From a virus (lineage: Duplodnaviria > Caudoviricetes), in the IMG/VR virus record IMGVR_UViG_3300032295_004079, positions 32,001-96,000 of that record: DNA of 64,000 nt, one strand, 5' to 3'. Both the position numbers and the translations under genes were made by a program. Below the pieces are notes generated by a model. It ran no database searches and was not told the origin of the DNA. It saw only the letters and a program-made list of their open reading frames with translations. Shown in pieces: positions 17,619 to 25,797 of the stretch; the first letter of the stretch is position 1; every line of letters begins with the position of its first letter.

Positions 17619-17655
17619 CCCTCTTTAAAGGAGTATAGAAAGTTATTTGAAATAT

Positions 17656-18032
17656 GGGGTTGAAAGGTATAGATTGGCAATGTAAATGAAGTAGATGATG
17701 CAAGCCGGGTTAGATGGAAATCCGTAAATACCTATCGAACAATAAGAGGCGAAGAGAAATCTTCATTCACCTTCGAAGATGCTTTGGCATTCGTAGGTGC
17801 TGATTACGCTGTAGCAGCCTAATCTTTCCCGCACACATCGTGGGGTGTTAAAAAGAATGTGTACCAAGGTGGAAAAGTGATTGAACCCGAAATCGAATCA
17901 CCCATTGGTTGTCAGGTTTACGATGGTGAAGAACAAACCGACTATTTTGTTTATTAAGAAAAATAAACTAAGCTTGTGAATGAGTCCTTTAGTTAGTTGA
18001 GCAAGACGGCGGTTCGATTCCGCCCAACTCCA
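17656..18032 (+). ncRNA. ssrA: tmRNA
   Basis: 5' GGGGTTG pairs with 3' CAACTCC-A (G3:U70); T arm GGCGGTTCGATTCCGCC; tag ORF 17748-17822 GEEKSSFTFEDALAFVGADYAVAA*. Confidence 0.92.
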
Positions 18033-18050
18033 CTTTTATTATTAAAAATT

Positions 18051-18227
18051 ATGGCACTATTTAAAGATTTAAAAGAATTACAAGAAGAATTGCAATACTG
18101 GAAAGAATACGAGCCTGTAAACAATATGGGAAAATGGTATGTAAGTGTCAGAATTGATAAAATAAAAAGAAAAATTAAAGCAGTTGAAGAAGAGTTAAAG
18201 AAAAGAAAAAATAGATTGGCTACTTAA
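18051..18227 (+). CDS. Hypothetical protein
   Basis: Started at the ATG after the tmRNA; the ORF-track start overlaps the tmRNA. Confidence 0.55.
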   Translation: MALFKDLKELQEELQYWKEYEPVNNMGKWYVSVRIDKIKRKIKAVEEELKKRKNRLAT

Positions 18228-18246
18228 ATCTCATTTCGTACCTTTA
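18216..18246 (+). promoter_or_regulatory. Promoter TTGG-N19-TAccTTTA upstream of tRNA-Leu
   Basis: TTGG 18216-19, TACCTTTA 18239-46. Confidence 0.65.
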
Positions 18247-18259
18247 TATTATATTAAAT

Positions 18260-18343
18260 GCCGGGATGGTGGAATAGGTAGACACGCAAGACTTAAAATC
18301 TTGTTCGCCAACGCGAGTGCGGGTTCGATTCCCGCTCCTGGTA
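18260..18343 (+). tRNA. tRNA-Leu(TAA)
   Basis: Class II; CAAGA-CT-TAA-AA-TCTTG; long variable arm; GGTTCGATTCC. Confidence 0.92.
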
Positions 18344-18393
18344 CTATTAATAAACATATTTATATTTATAACAAACAAAAACAAACAAACAAA

Positions 18394-18570
18394 ATGAAAA
18401 AAGTAACAATGATTTTCGCTGCAGCAGTAATGTTTGCTGTAGCATCTTGTGGAGCTAAGAAAACTGAAGAAGTGGTAGTTGACTCTGTAGCAGTTGAAGC
18501 TGACACTACTGCTGTTGATAGCGCTGCTGTTGTAGTTGCTGACAGCGCTGCTGTTGAAGCTGCTCTCTAA
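18394..18570 (+). CDS. Small acidic Ala/Val-rich lipoprotein
   Basis: MKKVTMIFAAAVMFAVASC lipobox; VDSxAV repeats typical of small Bacteroidota lipoproteins. Confidence 0.75.
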   Translation: MKKVTMIFAAAVMFAVASCGAKKTEEVVVDSVAVEADTTAVDSAAVVVADSAAVEAAL

Positions 18571-18596
18571 TAAAGCAGTTCACAAGATGAATTAAG

Positions 18597-18631
18597 GAGC
18601 TTGGAGACCCAAGCTCTTTTTTTTACCTTTA
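18597..18631 (+). promoter_or_regulatory. Overlapping terminator and promoter (TTGG-N19-TAccTTTA)
   Basis: Hairpin GAGCTTGG-AGAC-CCAAGCTC followed by a T-run; TTGG 18601-04, TACCTTTA 18624-31. Confidence 0.7.
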
Positions 18632-18647
18632 TATAAAATAAAATGTT

Positions 18648-19145
18648 ATGATAAAAGATATTAAATATTTCTTCAAAAGAAAATACCAACAGGTAGAACG
18701 AGTAATTGACTTCCTACCAATTATTTGGAATGGGTTCGATTTCGATTATAGCTATTCAATAGAACTGTTCAAAAAACAACTAGAAAGACAGGCTAAACTA
18801 TTTGAATCAGATCCACTAAATCCAGACAGATCAAAACAAAACGCTTCACGAATTAGAACTGCAATTCAACTGATGGATAAAGTTTATAATGAGGACTACA
18901 GTATGGAATGGATAGATACCATTGAAGTAAAATATGGTTCAGAAGTATTAGACTTTTGGTTTGAAGATGCAGGTGAAGGTGATGGTTCATCTTTTTTGAG
19001 GTTAGAATATGAGAAATGGGATAATTCAAAAGAAATTGAAAAAGTTCAGAAAAAATTATTATTAGAATCAAGAGAAAAACAAAAACGAGCACATAAGTTA
19101 CTTTGGGATTTTATAGAACATAATATTCAATATTGGTGGGACTAA
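18648..19145 (+). CDS. Hypothetical protein
   Basis: 165-aa ORF ending WWD. Confidence 0.7.
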   Translation: MIKDIKYFFKRKYQQVERVIDFLPIIWNGFDFDYSYSIELFKKQLERQAKLFESDPLNPDRSKQNASRIRTAIQLMDKVYNEDYSMEWIDTIEVKYGSEVLDFWFEDAGEGDGSSFLRLEYEKWDNSKEIEKVQKKLLLESREKQKRAHKLLWDFIEHNIQYWWD

Positions 19146-19146
19146 T

Positions 19147-19380
19147 ATGAAACAGACAGCAATACAACAAGCCATTGTAATAGTTAGAAGTAGAATAGAG
19201 TCAATAGACGAGACTTTAATGGGTAAACATACCGCTCATCATCTTCAGCAGATTGAAAGAGTTTTATATGATTTGCTTGAGGCAGAGAAGGAGCAGATAA
19301 TTGAATCTTGGTGGGATGGTTGTCAAAATTGGGATAATGAAAAAGAAGCAGAACAATACTATAATGAAACATACAAATAA
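19147..19380 (+). CDS. Hypothetical phage protein (KQTA...YYNET family)
   Basis: Shares KQTA and YYNET motifs with the next ORF. Confidence 0.6.
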   Translation: MKQTAIQQAIVIVRSRIESIDETLMGKHTAHHLQQIERVLYDLLEAEKEQIIESWWDGCQNWDNEKEAEQYYNETYK

Positions 19381-19381
19381 A

Positions 19382-19672
19382 ATGGTAAATATTGAATCTA
19401 ACCCATTAAATGGTAATAGTTTTATGAATGATTTAAGAAATAAATATATGGAAAAGCAAACCGCAGTAGAATATTTATTTGAACAGTTATGGGATACTCC
19501 AAAGGATAAGTTGACTTGGTACAGTATTTTATCAAAAGCTAAAGAAATGGAAGAAACCCAAACAATTAAATTTGCTTATAGTTTTTTAGATAACTGTTTT
19601 ACAAAAGATGGAATTATACAAAAATCAGCGGGTGAATACTACAACGAAACCTTTAATACTAAAGAGAAATGA
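19382..19672 (+). CDS. Hypothetical phage protein (KQTA...YYNET family)
   Basis: EKQTAVEYL...EYYNETF; paralog of the previous ORF. Confidence 0.6.
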   Translation: MVNIESNPLNGNSFMNDLRNKYMEKQTAVEYLFEQLWDTPKDKLTWYSILSKAKEMEETQTIKFAYSFLDNCFTKDGIIQKSAGEYYNETFNTKEK

Positions 19673-19836
19673 AAACCACAGAAGAAATAGTAAATGAAAT
19701 GATGGAACAAACTGATGAGATGTTAGTTGAAATCCATAAAAATCTTAGTGAGAAAATTGGAGAAGCATCCGCAGATAAATGGGTTGAGATGCTTAAAAAA
19801 ATTAGAGAAAAAGAAATCGAAAGACAAACAAAATGA
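19669..19836 (+). CDS. Hypothetical protein (55 aa)
   Basis: ATGA-coupled ORF MKTTEEIVNEM..., read from the sequence. Confidence 0.45.
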   Translation: MKTTEEIVNEMMEQTDEMLVEIHKNLSEKIGEASADKWVEMLKKIREKEIERQTK

Positions 19837-20107
19837 AACTATCAATCAACGAAGTATGGGGTCAAGTTTACTTTCTCCCGTTTATAAAACTAACACACAC
19901 ACGCCAATTAAATGGTGATTTAGAATTAATTATTGGTTATCTAAAATGGGAACTAGTAATAGGAATGTAAAAGCTACAGAACAGGGGTACCAATACTGTT
20001 CTAAATGTCAAAAAGAAACTTGGCATACTCCCAAACTAGGACTGGTACGTGAAAATAGTAGAAAATGTGATGTGTGTAATAGTGTAAACCAAATAGAAAA
20101 ATAATAT

Positions 20108-20260
20108 ATGGGAACTTTAGTTGCAATTGGAGTTATTTTAGTATTTACAGGTATGATATCTGTTCTCTGGGTACGAGGAATTAATTATATGGATAAAAAC
20201 CACCCAGATTATAAAGGTTATGATTTGTTTGACGAAGAAGAAGATGGCAAAGTATCTTAA
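20108..20260 (+). CDS. Small membrane protein (50 aa)
   Basis: MGTLVAIGVILVFTGMISVLWVRGINYMDKNHPDYKG. Confidence 0.5.
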   Translation: MGTLVAIGVILVFTGMISVLWVRGINYMDKNHPDYKGYDLFDEEEDGKVS

Positions 20261-20394
20261 AACCGCATTCATAAGGGATTTAGAAATTCAACTCCATAAT
20301 GAAGAAATATCTTATGGTCGAATGCTAGAGCTAATACAAGAAGAAGTAATTAAAAATTACAAACAAGATATAAAACAAAATAAATTATAAGGTT

Positions 20395-20682
20395 ATGGCA
20401 AAAAGATTAACACTAGCAGAAAAACAAAATTTATTCGTTGAAAATGCAATCAACAAAATGTTTGAAATTGCAGGACATGATGTCACTTACAATGATATAA
20501 AAGGTAGACAAGACAATTGGTATGCCCAATGGACTATGACCATGGATCAAAGCGAGGAGTGGAGAAAATGGGGTGTAGCTGAAATTAAAAAACAGTTCAA
20601 ATACAGTACTGTAATGGCTGAAAGAGAAATGGGAATGGTTTCTCTAATGTGGGGGTTAAAATTTAGCGATTTTAATAAATAA
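20395..20682 (+). CDS. Hypothetical protein
   Basis: 95-aa ORF; AAGGTTATG start context. Confidence 0.65.
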   Translation: MAKRLTLAEKQNLFVENAINKMFEIAGHDVTYNDIKGRQDNWYAQWTMTMDQSEEWRKWGVAEIKKQFKYSTVMAEREMGMVSLMWGLKFSDFNK

Positions 20683-20715
20683 GCTTGGAATTCCAAGCTT
20701 TTTTTCTTACATTTA
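20681..20715 (+). promoter_or_regulatory. Overlapping terminator and promoter (TTGG-N19-TAcaTTTA)
   Basis: AAGCTTGG-AATT-CCAAGCTT followed by a T-run; TTGG 20685-88, TACATTTA 20708-15. Confidence 0.7.
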
Positions 20716-20719
20716 TATC

Positions 20720-21118
20720 ATGGAAAAAGAAACATACAAAAACAGGTACGGAGACATTTACACATTCACTCCCACAAGTGATGGTAATATCCTATGGGAA
20801 GGTAGTTTTAGCTATACACGATTTGCATGGCCCAATGACTACACAGCAGCTTACAATGCCTACCTTGAGCAAGGTGGAACTATGCCTCTAAATGAATTCA
20901 AAAAGAAGATTCATGAATGGGATGAAGAGAAAAAAGAATATGTTATGGGTAGAGATTTGGTAAAACTGATTAAATCAGATTTATCTAAAATTGATATGGT
21001 TGATCCTTCAGGCGGACCTTATATAGGTACAGGAATGGAATGGATGGGAAAAATTATAGTAGGTATTAAACCCCAAGAAAGTGGGTATTTGCTTATAACT
21101 GAAGATATTGAAAAATAA
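20720..21118 (+). CDS. Hypothetical phage protein
   Basis: NRYGDIYTF...VDPSGGPYI motifs. Confidence 0.7.
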   Translation: MEKETYKNRYGDIYTFTPTSDGNILWEGSFSYTRFAWPNDYTAAYNAYLEQGGTMPLNEFKKKIHEWDEEKKEYVMGRDLVKLIKSDLSKIDMVDPSGGPYIGTGMEWMGKIIVGIKPQESGYLLITEDIEK

Positions 21119-21121
21119 GTT

Positions 21122-21355
21122 ATGATAGATGTAAAAATCAGATGGAATACTAAATGTCAAGATAATCATTCCTATTGGCGTATTTTAATTGATGGAGTTG
21201 AACATATTTGCTCAGATGTTATAATTGAAGTCCCAACATATACTACTCAGGATGAAGTGTGGGATAGTTTAAGAGATCAAGAAGTTATAAAACACCATAT
21301 TAGCTGTAAAGCTAACGAAATTATTTGGAAAGGTAGTATTGTAGTTGTAAAATAA
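21122..21355 (+). CDS. Hypothetical protein
   Basis: 77-aa ORF; AAGTTATG start. Confidence 0.6.
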   Translation: MIDVKIRWNTKCQDNHSYWRILIDGVEHICSDVIIEVPTYTTQDEVWDSLRDQEVIKHHISCKANEIIWKGSIVVVK

Positions 21356-21362
21356 ACAAAAT

Positions 21363-21506
21363 ATGCTAGAAATTGTAAGACACACTTTTGGGTTGTGTGG
21401 AGAACACTCTCACCCAAATCTTTTCACTTTATTTGCAAGTGGAGTTGGATTTACGGGTATTTATTCGTACATTAAATACAAATATTTTACTAAAAACAAA
21501 CAATAA
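21363..21506 (+). CDS. Small protein (47 aa)
   Basis: MLEIVRHTFGLCGEHSHPNLFTL...; fills the gap before thioredoxin. Confidence 0.45.
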   Translation: MLEIVRHTFGLCGEHSHPNLFTLFASGVGFTGIYSYIKYKYFTKNKQ

Positions 21507-21509
21507 TTT

Positions 21510-21755
21510 ATGAAACAAATTCTTTATTTCACCGCTTCATGGTGTCAACCTTGCCGTATGCTAGGTCCTATTATGGAATCTGTAAAAGGACAAGTTAACT
21601 ATTCAAAACTAGATATTGATGCTGAACAAGATTTAGCTATTAAATACAAAGTTAGAAGTGTACCTACTTTGGTTTTGGTTGAAAACGGTGTTGAAAAAAA
21701 CAGATTAGTAGGAGTACACCAATCACCTGAAATTCTAAAATTTTATAACAGCTAA
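21510..21755 (+). CDS. trxA: Thioredoxin
   Basis: FTASWCQPCR active site; VRSVPTLV. Confidence 0.9.
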   Translation: MKQILYFTASWCQPCRMLGPIMESVKGQVNYSKLDIDAEQDLAIKYKVRSVPTLVLVENGVEKNRLVGVHQSPEILKFYNS

Positions 21756-21761
21756 TTAGTT

Positions 21762-22226
21762 ATGGGAACATTTCAATCAAGTAAGTTATTTGACGGTTAT
21801 TCTACCGTCTTTAGACAATGGAAAGCAGATACTACACACTGTAAATTTTTACATGGTTATGCAGTATCCTTTAGAGTATGGTTTGAAGGTGAACTAGATG
21901 AGAGAAATTGGGTATGGGATTTTGGTGGTATGAAAAGAGCCAAAAATACAATTCAAGGTAAATCTCCTAAAGATTTTTTCACCTGGTTATTGGATCATAC
22001 TATGATTATAGCTGAAGATGATCCATTTCTGGAATCATTTAAACGAATGGATGAAGCAGGAGTAGTACAACTAAGAATTTTACCTGCTACAGGATGTGAA
22101 AAGTTTGCAGAATACCTGTATAATGTTATTAATGAATTTCTAGCAGTAGAAACTGATGGTAGAGTTAAAGCATCAAAAGTAGAAGTATATGAAAACAAAA
22201 GAAATGCAGCGAGTTATGGCAAATAG
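21762..22226 (+). CDS. queD: 6-carboxy-5,6,7,8-tetrahydropterin synthase
   Basis: CKFLHGY, WDFG, LDHT, CEKFAE, EVYE. Confidence 0.88.
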   Translation: MGTFQSSKLFDGYSTVFRQWKADTTHCKFLHGYAVSFRVWFEGELDERNWVWDFGGMKRAKNTIQGKSPKDFFTWLLDHTMIIAEDDPFLESFKRMDEAGVVQLRILPATGCEKFAEYLYNVINEFLAVETDGRVKASKVEVYENKRNAASYGK

Positions 22227-22473
22227 AAAAAGTACAATAGCAGAGGTTGAACAGGAACTATATGAAGTACGTCAAAGACAATCATTAAATAAACCAAAAA
22301 ATATTCCTGATCCCGTAAAACACCCTGATCCTAAAAAACATCAACAAATTTCATTTGTTAAATCTGGAGTTAGGATTGTAGCATGTCTTTTAGGATTTGC
22401 TGGGATGTACGAAATAGGTTTTCTAGGCTTATTTTTAGCTGAATTAATTGGGGTTTACGAGGAATTGGTTTAA
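22216..22473 (+). CDS. Hypothetical membrane protein
   Basis: C-terminal hydrophobic helices, KSGVRI...AELIGVYEELV. Confidence 0.6.
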   Translation: MANRKSTIAEVEQELYEVRQRQSLNKPKNIPDPVKHPDPKKHQQISFVKSGVRIVACLLGFAGMYEIGFLGLFLAELIGVYEELV

Positions 22474-22484
22474 ATTAAAAATAC

Positions 22485-23339
22485 ATGAACAAATTAGGTA
22501 GAATTGAAGACTACAATAAGGTATTACCTATTGTAGAACTATATACAGCGGTTCAATCCGAAGGAAGTAGAGCAGGTTATCCAACTATTATTATCCGAAC
22601 CACAGGTTGTACTCACAGATGTTTCTTTGGAGAAGGAGGATGGTGCGACAGCTGGTATACAAGTATCCATCCAGAAAAAGGTACATTTACCTTTAATGAC
22701 ATCATCAAAATGTATGACGCTAATCCCCACATTTCAGAAATGATGTTAACAGGCGGTGCTCCAACTATGCACCCTGCTTTAGTAAACGAACTAACACATT
22801 TCGCAAATGAAAGAAACATATTCATCACCATTGAAACTGAGGGATCGCATTTTCTCCCTACCGATTATCCTATTAATCTCGTTAGTATTTCTCCTAAGTT
22901 TGCTAATAGTGTCCCCGTTCTTGGGGCTGTTACGCCGCAAGGAAAAGTAGCAGATCAAAAGATGATCGATCAACACAACAAACTTAGATTGAATTATGCT
23001 TCAATCGCTAGAATGATTGCATACCATGATAGCTACCATCTAAAACCAGTTATTGACAAGAATTTAGCTATTATTCCCGAATACGAGGAATTTTTAGATG
23101 CACTAGCTGTAGAACTACAGAGCATAAGAGATGTACAAGATGCTTTCTTCTATACAGTATCTGATGTAGATGACATTCGAGACATGTTAAAGTTTAATAC
23201 CTGGATGATGCCTGCAGGAGATGATAGACCTGCACTATTTGAATCTTATCCTGTTGTAATGAACTACTGTAGAGATAATGGCTACAAGTTTACAGGTAGA
23301 GAACATATTATGGCTTTTGGTACTGAAAGATGTGTTTAA
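22485..23339 (+). CDS. queE: 7-carboxy-7-deazaguanine synthase (radical SAM)
   Basis: VQSEG...RTTGCTHRCFFGEGGWCDS, LTGGAP, IETEG, SISPK. Confidence 0.88.
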   Translation: MNKLGRIEDYNKVLPIVELYTAVQSEGSRAGYPTIIIRTTGCTHRCFFGEGGWCDSWYTSIHPEKGTFTFNDIIKMYDANPHISEMMLTGGAPTMHPALVNELTHFANERNIFITIETEGSHFLPTDYPINLVSISPKFANSVPVLGAVTPQGKVADQKMIDQHNKLRLNYASIARMIAYHDSYHLKPVIDKNLAIIPEYEEFLDALAVELQSIRDVQDAFFYTVSDVDDIRDMLKFNTWMMPAGDDRPALFESYPVVMNYCRDNGYKFTGREHIMAFGTERCV

Positions 23340-23340
23340 T

Positions 23341-23371
23341 TTGGGATCCCAAATCAGGATTCGTATATTTA
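23341..23371 (+). promoter_or_regulatory. Promoter TTGG-N19-TAtaTTTA upstream of folE
   Basis: TTGG 23341-44, TATATTTA 23364-71. Confidence 0.7.
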
Positions 23372-23389
23372 CAAAAAATAAGATAGTTA

Positions 23390-24118
23390 ATGGAAAATAA
23401 TAGAAAGAAAAAACACACAAATTTAGAGGTAGTACCCGTAGGGTTTGCAAATGGTATTTCAACTCAATTAGCTGCTAAACGTGCTTTGTTTGGAGAAGCA
23501 ACTGAGCTAACTGAAACAGAAAAAAATGATATCATCCAAAAAGCTACTAAAGCATATGGAGAATTTTTAACTGCACTAGGTTGTGATTGGGAAAACGATC
23601 CCAATTCAGCTGATACTCCTAAACGAGTAGCTAAAGCATATGTTAATGATTTGTGGAAAGGTAGATTTTCTCCAATGTCTGAAATTACATCTTTCCCAAG
23701 TGATGGATACGATGGAATTGTAATTGAAAGAAATATTCCACTTACTTCAATGTGTTCACACCACCACCAAACAATTGGAGGAGTAGTTCATATTGGTTAC
23801 GTGGTAGGTTTGGAAGGTAGAGTGATTGGTCTTTCCAAACTAAACCGAATTGTAGAACACTTTGGTCGTAGAGGGGCAATTCAAGAACAACTTACCTCTG
23901 CAATTCACCAAGCAGTAGATAAAATTACTGAAAATAATAAAGGTGTAATTGTTACAGTTGTAGGAACACACAATTGTGTTTCATGTCGAGGTGTTAAACA
24001 TCAAGGTGCATCTATGGTGACAACAAAAGCTTCTGGCGTATTTATGGACAATAGCAACCAAGCACGCAAAGAATTTTTTGACAGCATCAAAATCAATAAT
24101 GGAAACCACCCGGTATAA
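23390..24118 (+). CDS. folE: GTP cyclohydrolase I
   Basis: TPKRVAK, SMCSHH, GLSKLNRIV, IQEQLT, HNCVSCRGV. Confidence 0.95.
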   Translation: MENNRKKKHTNLEVVPVGFANGISTQLAAKRALFGEATELTETEKNDIIQKATKAYGEFLTALGCDWENDPNSADTPKRVAKAYVNDLWKGRFSPMSEITSFPSDGYDGIVIERNIPLTSMCSHHHQTIGGVVHIGYVVGLEGRVIGLSKLNRIVEHFGRRGAIQEQLTSAIHQAVDKITENNKGVIVTVVGTHNCVSCRGVKHQGASMVTTKASGVFMDNSNQARKEFFDSIKINNGNHPV

Positions 24119-24119
24119 A

Positions 24120-24515
24120 ATGTTAAAAGTAGGAAATAAAATTATATTAAATTGGGAAAATGTAGGTAGTCTTGTAAATAAGATTTGTGCTACAATTTTA
24201 AAAGATTTTCCTAATATTGACTCAATTCATGGTATCAAACGGGGGGGATTAATTCCCTCTGTTATGATATCCCATCAATTAAATTTACCGTGGACTTACG
24301 AAATATTTCCTAATACTTTAGTAGTTGACGATATCTGTGATAGTGGTGAGACATTAACAAATTATGCAGGAGTTTACACTGCAGTTCTGGTTTACAAACC
24401 ACACACATCCACTTTTAAACCTAACATATATGCCCGAGTTCATAGTGGAGATGAGTGGATTATCTACCCTTGGGAAAGTGAAAAAGCAAAACCAATTCAA
24501 GACTATAAGCTATGA
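24120..24515 (+). CDS. Purine phosphoribosyltransferase-like protein (Gpt/Xpt type)
   Basis: GIKRGGLIP, PRPP-binding motif LVVDDICDSGET, WIIYPWE. Confidence 0.85.
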   Translation: MLKVGNKIILNWENVGSLVNKICATILKDFPNIDSIHGIKRGGLIPSVMISHQLNLPWTYEIFPNTLVVDDICDSGETLTNYAGVYTAVLVYKPHTSTFKPNIYARVHSGDEWIIYPWESEKAKPIQDYKL

Positions 24516-24655
24516 AATTAGGGGATTGGTTGGAAAAGCTAATTTCTATTATTACCTTTAATCAAGGTAAAAAGATCGCAACTTACATAGCTAAACTGTT
24601 AGGTAAAGAAGATTGTGGGTGCGAGCGAAGAAAACAAAAATTAAATAATCTATAA
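24512..24655 (+). CDS. Small phage protein (DCGC motif, 47 aa)
   Basis: MKLGDWLEKLI...EDCGCERRKQKLN; ATGA/TAA coupled. Confidence 0.5.
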   Translation: MKLGDWLEKLISIITFNQGKKIATYIAKLLGKEDCGCERRKQKLNNL

Positions 24656-24672
24656 ACTAAAAATTAAAAGTT

Positions 24673-24879
24673 ATGATGTACTGGCAAGTAGATGTAAAAC
24701 TCGAGTTTACAAATGATCGAGGTAAAGTTCAAAAAGTTACCGAAAAATATCTAGTAGAAGCATTTTCTGCAACTGAAGCAGAAGCTGTTATCTATAAAGA
24801 ATTTGAAGGTGAAAGTAATTTTACAGTTGAAAAAGTAGCTAAGTCTAGAATTCTAAAAGTAATTAACATTGAACAATAA
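24673..24879 (+). CDS. DUF4494-like protein
   Basis: GKVQKVTEKYLVEAFSATEAEA pattern. Confidence 0.65.
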   Translation: MMYWQVDVKLEFTNDRGKVQKVTEKYLVEAFSATEAEAVIYKEFEGESNFTVEKVAKSRILKVINIEQ

Positions 24880-25576
24880 TAATCTAAAGTATCTATACTG
24901 TATCCAGTATAAAACTATTGATGGTCAAGCCCACACTTTGCACCCTTGGTTTGAAACTCACCCAGATGATAGTGTAATTAAAAAAGAAATTCATAAAGTT
25001 GAAAAACTATCTAGAACTGAACCTGATTTTGTTTATTACATGGTTTATGATAAGTCTCAAGAAGTACCATTTGTAGATGAAGTAGAAAAATTTAATGCTA
25101 CATTTGGTAAACCTAATAATTATAAACCTAATATTCCAAGTAGAAACGAGTGGGAGTTTGTTTACAACTTTGTTTTAGAGGAACTAGAAGAGTATAAAGA
25201 AGCATGCGAAAGTGGAGATATCGTTGGAGTTTTAGATGCTCTTTGTGATATTACGTATGTTTCTTTAGGTAATGGAGTTATGTTGCATGGGCTTAGACGC
25301 AAAATCTTACCAGCGTATGCTGAAGTTCAAGCCTCAAACATGTCAAAATCTTGTTTAACCGAAGAAGAAGCAAGACAAACCGTAGAATTGCGCTCTAAAG
25401 AACAAGGTGAACCGTGCCATTACGAGGAAAAAGGTGATTACTATGTAGTTTATCGTACACGCGATCGCAAAGTAATGAAATCTATTAATTATTTTAAACC
25501 TGATTTAACGCAATTCTTTAGTGTTACTGAAATGAAAGATTGCGAAACAAAACATGATTCAGATACTATAATTTAA
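24869..25576 (+). CDS. MazG/PRA-PH-like nucleoside triphosphate pyrophosphohydrolase
   Basis: EELEEY...VLDALCDITYV...EVQASNMSK...KVMKS. Confidence 0.8.
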   Translation: MNNNNLKYLYCIQYKTIDGQAHTLHPWFETHPDDSVIKKEIHKVEKLSRTEPDFVYYMVYDKSQEVPFVDEVEKFNATFGKPNNYKPNIPSRNEWEFVYNFVLEELEEYKEACESGDIVGVLDALCDITYVSLGNGVMLHGLRRKILPAYAEVQASNMSKSCLTEEEARQTVELRSKEQGEPCHYEEKGDYYVVYRTRDRKVMKSINYFKPDLTQFFSVTEMKDCETKHDSDTII

Positions 25577-25587
25577 AAAAAAATGTT

Positions 25588-25797
25588 ATGTTCTTAAAAT
25601 GTACTAAAGGCCACCCAGGAATTCTAGAAGAAGGACAAATATATGAAGCATATATGGTCACTGAAAATGGGCATTTTCTATTACTAGGAGTTGATCCTCC
25701 TTCACCTCATACTTGCTTTAACAAAGAAAGGTTCGTACCTATCGATATTGATGATATTAATATTGAAGAGGTATTTGAACTTACTATGGAGCTATGA
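25588..25797 (+). CDS. Hypothetical protein
   Basis: 69-aa ORF coupled to the polymerase gene. Confidence 0.55.
   Translation: MFLKCTKGHPGILEEGQIYEAYMVTENGHFLLLGVDPPSPHTCFNKERFVPIDIDDINIEEVFELTMEL

Noticed and set aside
17223-17655. RNase P RNA, SRP RNA or HDV-like (theta) ribozyme as the identity of the inter-tRNA structured regions
   Set aside because: I could not find the RNase P core (GAGGAAAGUC), the SRP domain IV motif or a convincing HDV nested pseudoknot by eye; left unassigned.
16733-18393. ORF-track ORFs overlapping the RNA island (16733-17068, 17452-17703, 17468-17680, 5' extensions of 17997 and 18301)
   Set aside because: They overlap tRNA/tmRNA genes; real starts are the downstream ATGs at 18051 and 18394.
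19727-19918. ORF-track 63-aa ORF
   Set aside because: Two ATGA-coupled ORFs in other frames (19669-19836 and 19833-19970) tile the region better.
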